Source: Chloroflexota bacterium
GTDB taxonomy: Bacteria > Chloroflexota > UBA11872 > VXNJ01
Length of the DNA: 64,000 nt
Assembly (NCBI GenBank): GCA_965261345.1
Contig: OZ253449.1
Location: 96,001 to 160,000, forward strand
Direction: 5' to 3'
Shown here: positions 9,884-20,252 of the stretch, one piece after another
Layout of the letters: each line of letters opens with the position of its first letter
How positions within the stretch are numbered: position 1 is the stretch's first letter
Notes under the pieces: model-generated
What the model was told of the DNA's origin: nothing
Database searches by the model: none
The model's input: only the letters and a program-made list of their open reading frames with translations
Position numbers and translations under genes: made by a program

Positions 9884-10795
9884 TTACGGCAGAAATTCCC
9901 TGTTCACCTTGGCCACATAGGAGAAGGTCGGGTTTACGAACTGGGTGCAGCGGGCTTCCAACACTTGGCCCAGGAAGAGGTAGGCCTCGCCGCGCGTGAA
10001 ACCGTAGCTATCCTCGAGCCATAGCACCATTTCTGCTAAGGCCGTGCGGAAGGCGTCCTCGGCGGGCCTGGCCATCGCGGTAGTGATGATGTGGGTGTCG
10101 TTGATGATCCGGGGCCAGGTCATCGACTCCGATTTGGGCTCTAGGTCGCACGTTATCCTGACTCGGCCGCCGGCCTCGATTCCGCCGGCCCCGCATATCT
10201 CGCCATCGCCCTGGCGGGCGTGCATGTCGCCGATGTGGAGCAGGGCGCCAGGGACGGAAACTGGCAGGTGGACCGACGCTCCGGTGGTGATCTCCTGGAT
10301 GTCGAAATTGCCGCCCCACTCGCCGGCCCAGGCATTGGTCCAGCGGGAGTGCGCCTGCGCCACGCCTACCATTCCCAGCATCGGGGCGATTGGTATACGC
10401 AGCGAGTCGCTCCAGAGGATGTGGCCTTCCCGTATCTCCACCACCTTTTCCTGACGTCCTATCCCGGTACCGCCCAACCAACCCGGCATGGCGCCATTGG
10501 CGCCCCAGAACCGGGTGAAGCCTATTGGATCAACGTCAATCTCGCCTATGTGGACAACCAGGACTTGACCTGGCTGGGCGCCCTTAACGTAAATGCATCC
10601 GCTGGCGGGATTGCCGGCGCGCAGCTTGCGGTCCAGCTCGTTACGGTCGGGATGATCGTTTAGCCAGGGGCCACGGTTGAGCTGGGTCTCGACCTCGAAT
10701 TCTTCACCGGGTGCGACGTGCAGGGTCGGTTCGTTGTCCGGGCCGATTTCGAAGTACAAGACGTCCTTGGTAGCTTGCTGCATGGTCCACCTCAT
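9884..10795 (-). CDS. Acetamidase/formamidase family protein
   Basis: GCIYVKGAQPG, PMLGMVGVA, GGNFD, PGALLHIGDMHARQGDGEICG. Confidence 0.9.
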   Translation of the reverse strand: MRWTMQQATKDVLYFEIGPDNEPTLHVAPGEEFEVETQLNRGPWLNDHPDRNELDRKLRAGNPASGCIYVKGAQPGQVLVVHIGEIDVDPIGFTRFWGANGAMPGWLGGTGIGRQEKVVEIREGHILWSDSLRIPIAPMLGMVGVAQAHSRWTNAWAGEWGGNFDIQEITTGASVHLPVSVPGALLHIGDMHARQGDGEICGAGGIEAGGRVRITCDLEPKSESMTWPRIINDTHIITTAMARPAEDAFRTALAEMVLWLEDSYGFTRGEAYLFLGQVLEARCTQFVNPTFSYVAKVNREFLP

Positions 10796-10967
10796 AGTTG
10801 CTTTTGGGGGTGATGATTATTTGCGCGGTTGCCACCGTCCACAACGGAGTTGGGTTCGCGATTGGACATTGCCGATCGCTCGCGGCGGGCCGCATCGCCG
10901 TTGGCCAAAAACTCCGGTTCGAGCCGTACCAGGTTTAGCAACTGCCGCCGGGTGGTGCTTCTGCTTC

Positions 10968-10995
10968 ATTTTCTATATTCGCGATTATGTCGAGC
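10968..10995 (+). other. dif-like XerC/XerD site
   Basis: attttctatat-tcgcga-ttatgtcgagc. Confidence 0.55.
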
Positions 10996-11039
10996 GTGTA
11001 CGTGGGTTGCGGCTCACCGACGTGCGCCCAACCGCTGGT

Positions 11040-11200
11040 TCAGAGGGTGTCGAATTCGTCAGGAGGTAACCCTGCTTGACGAATGAAGCTGCCTAAAGTC
11101 CCAACTGCGATCTCGCGGTGGCGCGGAACTATAGCAGTGCGGACCGAGTCGCCGTCGGATTTGGCAAATAACGTTGCTGTGCTTTTGGCTAACCGCTCGA
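11040..11200 (-). pseudogene. hicA: HicA 3' remnant truncated by IS256
   Basis: FAKSDGDSVRTAIVPRHREIAVGTLGSFIRQAGLPPDEF*; paralog of 1037..1250. Confidence 0.75.
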
Positions 11201-12953
11201 GGACGTGTCCCACGGTGTGGTGTAACTAAGCCGTCCTCTACGTTTAGGGGTTCGGCAGCTGCAACTCTGCAGAGTTGCAGCTGCCGGCAGGGCCGGCAGA
11301 TGGTTGCTGGGGCTTGCTGGGGGAGTTTCGAGTCCTTGGCTGTGACGGCGACTGCCGGTAAGGCGTCCATCATTTTGCCAGTTGCGACCATGGCGCGGTC
11401 GTGGTCATATGGGCTTCCATGGGTCCGAAGGCCGGCCCCGGCCCGTAACGGCTCGCATTCGGGCTCACCGGGCCGGGTTTGTTGGGAAAGTCGGCCCAAT
11501 TCGACGCTAGTGATCCTTATTTAGGCCCAGCTAGCGCCAAGCCGGGCGCACGACCTTCCATTTCCCTGGAGGGCGCTACGGCCCCCGGCGGCGGTTGCTA
11601 CCCCGCCGGCAATGCCAGCGGGGACTGCCTCTCTCCCGGAGATGGGGGTTGGCCGATTAAGGCCATCGAGTGCCTGGACATATAGCGGCGCTCGGATGCG
11701 AGCCATTCGTCGTTCTGCTCAATTAGGACCGCTCCGATAAGGCGCAGGACCGAGTCATCGTCGGGGAAGAGCTGTACTACCCGGGTGCGGCGCTTTAGCT
11801 CGCCCATAACGCGCTCTAGGGGATTGGTGGACCAGATCTTGCGCCAGTGCGAAGGCGGGAAGGCGGTGTAGGCAGTCAGGGCGATCTCGGAGTCCTCGAG
11901 GATCGTGGACAGTTCCGGATACTTGCGCTCTAAGCGATCGGCGAAATCTCCGAAGGCGTCCATGGCGCTCTGCTTGTCAGCCTGCCCAAACAACGACGCC
12001 AGTCCGGCTGCCACCAGCCCGCGGTCGCCGCTTCTGACCCTTGGCAGAAGATTGCGCCCAAAGTGTGTCCTGCACGTCTGCCAGGCGGCCTCGGGAATAA
12101 GCTTTGTCACCGCGTTGCCGATGGCTTGGTTCCCATCGGAGATCACCAGCCGCACGCCGGATAGACCGCGCGTTACCAGGGAGGCGATCAAGTCCTCCCA
12201 GAAGCCCTGCGCTTCGCTGTGGCCGATTGCAAGCCCCAGCAGCTCGCGATGGCCGTTCTCGTTTATGGCCATTGCTATGCCCACCGCCCGCGACCTTACC
12301 GCATGCGCGTTTCGGGCTTTTACGTAGGTGGCGTCGAGATAGAGGTACGGGAAGGTCGTATGCGCGAGATCGCGTTCGCGGAAGGCATTGACCAGCTCGT
12401 CGATGCCTTTGCAGATCCTTGACACCTCGGACCTGGAGATCCCGGCGTTTACTCCCATCGCCTCCACCAGCTTGTCGACCTTGCGGGTGGAGACGCCCTT
12501 GCTGTAGGCGGTCATGATGACGCCGTAGAGGGCCTGGTCGATGCGGCGCCGCCGCTCCAAGAACTCGGGGTAGTAGCTGCCTTGGCGCAGCTTGGGCAGG
12601 GCAATCTCGATGTCGCCCGCCCGGGTGGAGAGGGTGCGCTTGCGCGAGCCATCAAAGCCGATTGCGACGCTCGCCGTTGCGCTCGTGCGGTTTGGCGCCG
12701 ATGTTTTCGGCCAGGCCGGCGTCAATAAGTTCCTGGTAGGCGTGCCGTACGGCGCTGCGGACGAATTCGCTGCTGTCAAACCCTTGCTTGGCGATAAGGG
12801 CAAGCAAGGTCTGATAATCAAGTTGGGCCATCGATGGTTCCTCGACGAAGTAAGTGAATTGACTCCGTAGAGGTTTACACGAGGGCCCTTTGTCATCGCG
12901 TTGGCTTAGTTGATCAAGCGGGTGCTCTTACACCACTCCAGGGGACGTGATCC
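11201..12953 (-). mobile_element. IS256-family insertion sequence
   Basis: Imperfect IRs ggacgtgtcccacggtgtggtgtaa / ttacaccactccaggggacgtgatcc; no target duplication. Confidence 0.85.
11598..12831 (-). pseudogene. IS256 transposase, frameshifted near 12655
   Basis: RBS gagga + ATG 12831 MAQLDYQ...ERNGERRNR, then a shift to GSRKRTLSTRAG; YLYLDATY, VISDG, WQTCRTHF, STNPLER. Confidence 0.85.
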
Positions 12954-14170
12954 TACCGCCCACCAGGCGTGCATCATCGATGGGGACGCCAATGACCATG
13001 GCCAGCAGAGCTTTGCGCACTCCGGCCAGGGTCTTGGGGAAATGGCTGCCTGGCTGGCGGATTGCACCGCTGCGGACCCCGAATCCATCGCCATTGCGAT
13101 CGAGGTGCCGCATGGAGCGGTTGTGGAGAGTCTGCTGCTTTCCGGCTTTGCGGTCTTCTCGATCAACCCGAAGCAGTCCGATCGCTTTCGCGACCGTAGC
13201 TCGCCGGCCGGAGCCAAGGATGATCGGCGTGATGCCCGGGTATTGGCCGATGCCCTGCGGACCGACCGAGCCAGCTTCCGGCGCCTGGAGCTGCCCGACC
13301 CGCGGGTGGTCGAGCTGCGGGATCTAACCCGCATCGTTGAGGACCTGACCCGCCAGCGAACCCGACTGAGCAATCGCATTCGCCAGCAGCTGGGCCGCTA
13401 CTACCCGCAATTTGCGGAGTTGAGCAACAACCTGACGGAAATCTGGCTGCTCGAACTGTGGCGCATGGCGCCGACACCGGCTAAGGCCCAGGCTTTGCGC
13501 AAAGCTCGTGTCGCCCGGCTGCTCAAGCGCAATCGTATCCGCCGCATTGATGCTGGCGGCGTTTTGGAGATACTGCGCCAACCGGCCTTGCGGGTTGCCC
13601 CGGGAACGATGGAAGGCGCCGTCCGGCGGATAGGCGTCATGGTTGAGCAGATTCTGTTGGTCAAGCATCAGATCTCTGATGCCAATAGCCAACTTGATCA
13701 GACGATCGAGGCCCTGGCCGAGAGCGAGTCGCAAACCGGTGGCGGGCAGCGCGACGTGGCCATCCTCAAATCCATGCCTGGAGTTGGCAGGATGGTCCTC
13801 GCCACGCTACTGGCGGAAGCACATGAGCTTCTTCGACGAAGGGATTATCCGGCCTTGCGCTGCTTTAGCGGCAATGCTCCGGTCACCAGGCGTTCCGGCA
13901 AGAGCATGATGGTGGTGCGCCGTAGGGCCTACCACCATCGTGTCGGCCAGGCGATGTGGCACTGGTCGCGCATCGCCATCATTCGTGACCCGGGCTCTCG
14001 ACGCAAGTACGATGCCTTGCGAGCGCGCGGTCACAGCCATGCCAGATCGCTGCGGACGGTGGGCGATCGGTTATTGGCGGTTGCCTGCGCCATGCTGGAA
14101 AGTCAGACGTTATACCAGGCTAATCACCAGGGAGGCAGCGCCCAACCAGCTTGACAAATAGTAGAGAGTC
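12954..14170 (+). mobile_element. IS110-family element, 5' end removed by IS256; transposase remnant to 14154
   Basis: IAIEVP, AKDDRRDA, SMPGVG, APVTRRSGK; the N-terminal GID motif is missing; right end ttgacaaatagtagagagtc. Confidence 0.85.
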
Positions 14171-16092
14171 GAACAGCCAGGCAAACTGGAGTATGGACGC
14201 GGGTGAAAGTCCCGCTGGCAAAGGGCTGGCCGCCCATGCCGAACCGCGAGCCGTGCGCAGGCCGTCGCGAGACGGTCGGTGAAGCGTCGGTAGCGGGGCA
14301 TGCGGGCCGGGCTATCGAGCGCCGAAATACCGGTTCGGAGCGCCGAGACCGTGATTCTGGTCGAAGGCAACACCGACAGCGGCGATATTGGCAAGTCGCT
14401 GATCTGGGCTCCGCGGCGTCGAAGAACTCGCGCACGTATGCACGTCCATCCCCGGGACCTGGGAGACCTGTCCAGCGCCCCAACGCACTCGCAGCATTGG
14501 GGCCGCATCGGGAAGGAAGGAGTTTCGCAATCCGATGATGCACGCCGGACAGAAGTCTGATGCGGCCATAGTACCTGCGAAGGCGGCGAACAATGGGGCG
14601 TAAAACCCCGGCGGAGCCGCCGGAGGAAAGGGCCGCAAGCAAGAGGAACGCGCCAGGCACCGGCACGGACTACACCCAGGGGTGGGTTCCCGTGTCACCC
14701 GGAGCCGAACGCGTACGGCAACACGCCAAAGAGAACCCAGAGGGAAAACTCACCGCGCTCTTACACCACATAGACCTTGACGCGCTAAGGGATGCGTTCT
14801 ACGGGCTAAAACCCAATGCCGCTCCCGGCGCCGACGGGATCACGTGGAGGATGTACGAGGAAAACCTGGAAGAGAAACTTCTCGACCTTAAAGACCGCGT
14901 GCACAAAGGAGCATACCGAGCGACCCCCGTCCTGCGGGTAGCGATACCCAAACCGGACGGCGGGAAGCGAGCGCTTGGAATCGCATCCATAGAGGACAAG
15001 ATCCTGCAGCGGGCGGTGTGTCAACAGATCCTTGACCCGATCTATGAATCGGAGTTCGCCGGGTTCGCATACGGGTTCCGGCCAAAAAGATCAGCGCACG
15101 ACGCGCTGGACGCCCTGGCCTACGCCATCGAACGGAGAAAAGTCAACTGGATTCTTGACGCCGACATAAAAGGCTTCTTCGACCATCTCGACCGCGAGCG
15201 ACTCATCTCGTTCCTGGGAGAGCGAATCGGAGACAACCGCGTCCTGCGCCTAATCCGCAAATGGCTGAGCACCGGAGTAATGGAAGCCGGAGAACTATCC
15301 GACAGCGTGCAGGGAACACCGCAAGGGGCGCCGATATCGCCGCTGCTTGCCAACGTGTACCTGCACAAAGTCCTGGACTCATGGTTTGCCAAGGAATGGC
15401 GACCCAAAAGGGCCAGCGGCGAGGTCTACATCGTCAGGTATGCCGATGACTTCGTCCTGGGATTTGAGTACCGCAGCGATGCGGTCAGATTTGCAAAGGA
15501 TTTGCGAGACAGGCTAGAAGAGTACGGATTAGAGCTTGCAGCCCACAAGACCCGCCTGATCGAGTTCGGCAGATACGCGATCGAGAATCGCCGCCAGCGT
15601 AACGACAGCCGTCCGGAGACTTTTGACTTCCTCGGCCTAACGCATTACTGCCGGACGATGAGCAACGGAAAGTTCGGACTGGGACGCAAGCCCATCGCCA
15701 AGCGCGTCAGACGCACCCTGAAGGCGATCAAGGAACGACTACGCATGCGCATGCACGACGATCCCGCGCAGACCGGGCAATGGCTCGGGTTGGTGCTGCG
15801 GGGCTGGCTCGGCTATTACGCCGTCCCAACCAGCTCCACGTACCTGAGGAGTTTCAAATATGAACTCGAGCGCCAGTGGTTACGCAGCCTGCGCCGCCGG
15901 TCGCAGCATGATCGATTCCCATGGGGGCGCCTGCGCGCATTGAGCACTGCCCATCTCCCAACCGTCTCCATCCTCCACCCATGGCCCGCCGACCGTTTTG
16001 CCGTCAAACACTCAAGCTAAGAGCCCGGTGCGTTAACGCGCATGCCGGGATCCGTGCGGGGGGCACCGGGTAACCGGTGTTCCTACCGCGAA
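14171..16092 (+). mobile_element. Group II intron copy 1 (IIB-like, no endonuclease domain)
   Basis: D5 gagcccggtgcgttaacgcgcatgccgggatc, D6 with bulged A, RT ORF; ends GAACAG...CCGCGAA. Confidence 0.9.
14593..16020 (+). CDS. ltrA: Group II intron reverse transcriptase/maturase
   Basis: IPKPDGGKRALGI, YGFRP, DADIKGFFD, GTPQG, YADD, FDFLG. Confidence 0.95.
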   Translation: MGRKTPAEPPEERAASKRNAPGTGTDYTQGWVPVSPGAERVRQHAKENPEGKLTALLHHIDLDALRDAFYGLKPNAAPGADGITWRMYEENLEEKLLDLKDRVHKGAYRATPVLRVAIPKPDGGKRALGIASIEDKILQRAVCQQILDPIYESEFAGFAYGFRPKRSAHDALDALAYAIERRKVNWILDADIKGFFDHLDRERLISFLGERIGDNRVLRLIRKWLSTGVMEAGELSDSVQGTPQGAPISPLLANVYLHKVLDSWFAKEWRPKRASGEVYIVRYADDFVLGFEYRSDAVRFAKDLRDRLEEYGLELAAHKTRLIEFGRYAIENRRQRNDSRPETFDFLGLTHYCRTMSNGKFGLGRKPIAKRVRRTLKAIKERLRMRMHDDPAQTGQWLGLVLRGWLGYYAVPTSSTYLRSFKYELERQWLRSLRRRSQHDRFPWGRLRALSTAHLPTVSILHPWPADRFAVKHSS

Positions 16093-17728
16093 CACCGAAC
16101 CGGCGGCATTCCGCCCCCATACCGCCTTTGTCCAGGCTTTCCGGCGCAATGGACCGCGTCATGCGGCCGGACCGGGAGTCGACTGCGCCAGCATTGCGGC
16201 GCGGCGGGCAGATTTCGGGCCCCGGAGCCGAGCCCGGCACGCATTGCTCCAATGCCGGCGCCCACCCCGCAGGCAGATCCTTCACGATCTGGCGGTCAGG
16301 TGGGTAGCGGCAGCGACCGCAGCCTTGATAGCGCCAGTTCGAACGTCTCCGCCCAGGGCCATGACCCGGGCAGATGCAGGGTGAACCTCCGCGCCGAGCG
16401 GGTGATGCGGCCGGGCATGGCGATGAACCGGCGCCGCAGGGTGGGGGTGGTAACGATTTTTTTCTCCCCGATGCCGATCCCGGCGGTCCAGCGGCAAAGG
16501 TTATGCGCCATTACCTGCACCGCCAGCCAGGCGGCGTTGGCGTTAAAGCATCCCGACGGCAGATGATTGAGGCCGACTCCGTATTTGAGATCGCGGATTA
16601 CGTTCTCGACTTCGGCGTGGCGACGGTGGTCGGCCTCCAACTCAAGCATCGCCCCTTGCCGGTCGGTGATGAAGGCGTGGTAGGAGTACCTGGTAAGCAG
16701 CGCCAGCTGCGACCCTGGGGCGGGCCTTACCCGCCTCACGATCAGGCGCACGGGTTCTTTACCCTGGAACGGGGCGTAGCGCAGTTCGGCTGCGTCGGCC
16801 CCGCCGTCGAGCCAGTACGGGATCGGGGTCCAGTCATCCTGCGGTATCTGCTCTAGCCGACGCCGCAGGTGCTTCTCAAGGCGCGCGGTCACTTAAGAAG
16901 CGCACGTCCAGGTTGCGGCAGGCGCTCACGAACCTGCCACTGTAGAACCCCGCGTCGGCCCTTACGGTTAGCTGCCCGCCCGCTCCGGCATGGCGGACCC
17001 TGGAGATCGTCTCGGTTAGGAAATGGGCCGCTCCCCTTCCGGCATAGGCGCGGCCTTCGCGCAGACGGCACATGAGCACCTCGCCCGACCCTGCGGCGAT
17101 CGCCAATAGCGGGTGATACCCCCGCACCCCGCTGTAGGCGTGCCGGCGGGCGCCCTGCTTGAGGAGTCCGTAGGTCTCGCACACGGTCGAGTCGAGATCT
17201 ATGGTCAGGGGACCCGGGCCGGGGCCAGCCCCGGCCTGCCAGGCGCTTCGAAGCAGCTCGCGGCCGACGCGGTCCAGTTGGCGCACGTGTCCCCACCTGA
17301 AACCGCGCAGGAACGTCCCCAGGGTGGAAGGGGCCTTGACCTTAAAGCCCAGCACCCGGCCGGTGTCGCCCGACCGCAGGGCGTCAGCGTCGTTAATGCA
17401 GTCCCCGCCCCCGAGGGCGGAGGCGACCAGCGTTTGCAGCTTCGCGCCCGCGTTGGCGCGGCCCGAGGCGCTCCCAAGGTCCAGATATTCGTCGGTGAGC
17501 TCGCCCAGCCGCAGACGGCGGGCCAGAGTCAGCGGCAGCAGCAGTCCGGCATTGGCGATGAGGCGGTGATCGTCGAAGGCGGTCCGGATGCGGTCGGGGC
17601 CAGGAATTGGTAGCAGCTAGAAAGTGCTCGCTGATTCTGGGTTGTTTTGTTGGTAAAAAACAACTTCCCCAGATATGAGAGAGCACTTTTTACTATTTTC
17701 GGGCCTTAACTGCCGTGATATTTCGGTG
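16093..17728 (-). mobile_element. IS1380-family element with frameshifted transposase (about 16296..17616, shift near 16885); both tips replaced by introns
   Basis: TIDLDST, GYHPL, VRADAGFY, HRRHAEVENVIRDLK, HLPSGCFNANAAWL; both ends begin caccgaa. Confidence 0.85.
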
Positions 17729-19657
17729 TTCGCGGTAGGAACACCGGTTACCCGGTGCCCCCCGCACGGATCCCGGCGTGCGCGTTAACGCACCGGGCTC
17801 TTAGCTTGAGTGTTTGACGGCAAAACGGTCGGCGGGCCATGGGTGGAGGATGGAGACGGTTGGGAGATGGGCAGTGCTCAATGCGCGCAGGCGCCCCCAT
17901 GGGAATCGATCATGCTGCGACCGGCGGCGCAGGCTGCGTAACCACTGGCGCTCGAGTTCATATTTGAAACTCCTCAGGTACGTGGAGCTGGTTGGGACGG
18001 CGTAATAGTTGAGCCAGCCCCGCAGCACCATCCCGAGCCATTGCCCGGTCTGCATCGGATCATCGTGCATGCGCATACGCAGCTTCTCTTTGATCGCCTT
18101 CAGGGTGCGTCTGACGCGCTTGGCGATGGGCTTGCGTCCCAGTCCGAACTTTCCGTTGCTCATCGTCCGGCAGTAATGCGTTAGGCCGAGGAAGTCAAAA
18201 GTCTCCGGCCGTCTTTCGCCTCGTTGGCGGCGGTTGTGCGCCGCTTGCCGGCCGAACTCGATCAGGCGGGTCTTGTGGGCTGCAAGCTCTAATCCGTACT
18301 CTTCTAGCCTGTCTCGCAAATCCTTTGCAAATCTGACCGCATCGCTGCGGTACTCAAATCCCAGGACGAAGTCATCGGCATACCTGACGATGTAGACCTC
18401 GCCGCTGGCCCTTTTGGGTCGCCATTCCTTGGCAAACCATGAGTCCAGGACTTTGTGCAGGTACACGTTGGCAAGCAGCGGCGATATCGGCGCCCCTTGC
18501 GGTGTTCCCTGCACGCTGTCGGATAGTTCTCCGGCTTCCATTACTCCGGTGCTCAGCCATTTGCGGATTAGGCGCAGGACGCGGTTGTCTCCGATTCGCT
18601 CTCCCAGGAACGAGATGAGTCGCTCGCGGTCGAGATGGTCGAAGAAGCCTTTTATGTCGGCGTCAAGAATCCAGTTGACTTTTCTCCGTTCGATGGCGTA
18701 GGCCAGGGCGTCCAGCGCGTCGTGCGCTGATCTTTTTGGCCGGAACCCGTATGCGAACCCGGCGAACTCCGATTCATAGATCGGGTCAAGGATCTGTTGA
18801 CACACCGCCCGCTGCAGGATCTTGTCCTCTATGGATGCGATTCCAAGCGCTCGCTTCCCGCCGTCCGGTTTGGGTATCGCTACCCGCAGGACGGGGGTCG
18901 CTCGGTATGCTCCTTTGTGCACGCGGTCTTTAAGGTCGAGAAGTTTCTCTTCCAGGTTTTCCTCGTACATCCTCCACGTGATCCCGTCGGCGCCGGGAGC
19001 GGCATTGGGTTTTAGCCCGTAGAACGCATCCCTTAGCGCGTCAAGGTCTATGTGGTGTAAGAGCGCGGTGAGTTTTCCCTCTGGGTTCTCTTTGGCGTGT
19101 TGCCGTACGCGTTCGGCTCCGGGTGACACGGGAACCCACCCCTGGGTGTAGTCCGTGCCGGTGCCTGGCGCGTTCCTCTTGCTTGCGGCCCTTTCCTCCG
19201 GCGGCTCCGCCGGGGTTTTACGCCCCATTGTTCGCCGCCTTCGCAGGTACTATGGCCGCATCAGACCCCTGTCCGGCGTGCATCATCGGCTACGGATACC
19301 TCCTTCCCGATGCGACCCCGGATCTGCGAGTGAACCGGGGTAATGCGCAGATCTCCCAGTTCCCGGCCCGGGACTTACGTACGTACATGAGTTCTTTGAC
19401 ACCGTCGAGCCCGGCTGACGGCTGGCCATCTATTGCCGCCGCCGGTGTTGCCTTCGACAAGATCAAGAGTCTCGGCGCTCGGGACAAACCCGATGTTTCG
19501 GTGCTCCATAGCTCTGTCCGCACGCTCCGCTGCCGACGCTTCACGGGTAACCTCGCGGTTACCCGCGCACGGCTCGCGGGCTGATGTGGGCTGGCTCTCG
19601 CCCTTCATCCCGGGAGACTTTCACTCCTTGTCCTGGTACCAGTTGGACTGGCTGTTC
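17729..19657 (-). mobile_element. Group II intron copy 2
   Basis: Same D5/D6 and ends as copy 1, inverted. Confidence 0.9.
17801..19228 (-). CDS. ltrA: Group II intron reverse transcriptase/maturase
   Basis: Near-identical to 14593..16020; YADD. Confidence 0.95.
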   Translation of the reverse strand: MGRKTPAEPPEERAASKRNAPGTGTDYTQGWVPVSPGAERVRQHAKENPEGKLTALLHHIDLDALRDAFYGLKPNAAPGADGITWRMYEENLEEKLLDLKDRVHKGAYRATPVLRVAIPKPDGGKRALGIASIEDKILQRAVCQQILDPIYESEFAGFAYGFRPKRSAHDALDALAYAIERRKVNWILDADIKGFFDHLDRERLISFLGERIGDNRVLRLIRKWLSTGVMEAGELSDSVQGTPQGAPISPLLANVYLHKVLDSWFAKEWRPKRASGEVYIVRYADDFVLGFEYRSDAVRFAKDLRDRLEEYGLELAAHKTRLIEFGRQAAHNRRQRGERRPETFDFLGLTHYCRTMSNGKFGLGRKPIAKRVRRTLKAIKEKLRMRMHDDPMQTGQWLGMVLRGWLNYYAVPTSSTYLRSFKYELERQWLRSLRRRSQHDRFPWGRLRALSTAHLPTVSILHPWPADRFAVKHSS

Positions 19658-19776
19658 TGACCTGTTCGGGCGAGTACTTTCGCTTCGCCATTGCTGTCCC
19701 CTTGTATGTTCCAAATGGGAAGTCCCGGGTGCGGTAGGGCGCATTCCCTCTGGTACCAATGAGGGGGAGCCGGCCA
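19658..19776 (-). mobile_element. IS3 left-end fragment containing a ~49-bp IS110 left-end footprint (19701..19749)
   Basis: IRL tggccggctccccctcattggtaccag and orfA start MAKRKYSPEQV; the insert matches 46481..46530. Confidence 0.8.
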
Positions 19777-19777
19777 A

Positions 19778-20083
19778 GTGGCCTCCAACGTGTCAATCGC
19801 AAAAGAGGAATTGGCATCGCTTTGCAAAGCGCACGGGATACGCCGGCTGGCGATATTCGGGTCGGCATTGCGAGACGATTTCCACTCGGAAAGCGACATC
19901 GACGTGTTGGTGGAGTTCCAACCCGGTCGGGTACCGGGCCTGCTAGGAATAGCTGGCATCGAGATCGATTTGTCGAGATTGTTCGGCGGCCGCAAAGTGG
20001 ACCTGCGAACCCCTGAGGATCTGAGTCCCTACTTCCGCGAGCAAGTTCTCGATGATGCTGAAGTCCAGTATGCGCACGCATGA
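19778..20083 (+). CDS. MNT nucleotidyltransferase antitoxin (duplicate of 1809..2114)
   Basis: One substitution seen relative to the first copy. Confidence 0.9.
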   Translation: MASNVSIAKEELASLCKAHGIRRLAIFGSALRDDFHSESDIDVLVEFQPGRVPGLLGIAGIEIDLSRLFGGRKVDLRTPEDLSPYFREQVLDDAEVQYAHA

Positions 20084-20252
20084 CCAAATTCGATTGCGGC
20101 ATATGCTGGACGCAGCCCGCGAAGCCCGATCCTTCGCGCGGGATCGGCCTCGCCAAGCCCTTGATCGTGACCGCCAACTTGTGCTTGCGTTGGTCAAAGA
20201 TATAGAAATCGTCGGTGAAGCGGCGACTGGGGTCACAGAGCCTACGCGGTGG
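20070..20252 (+). pseudogene. HepT/DUF86 5' half, truncated by IS3
   Basis: Identical to the first copy up to EPTRW, then IS3 IRL. Confidence 0.85.
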
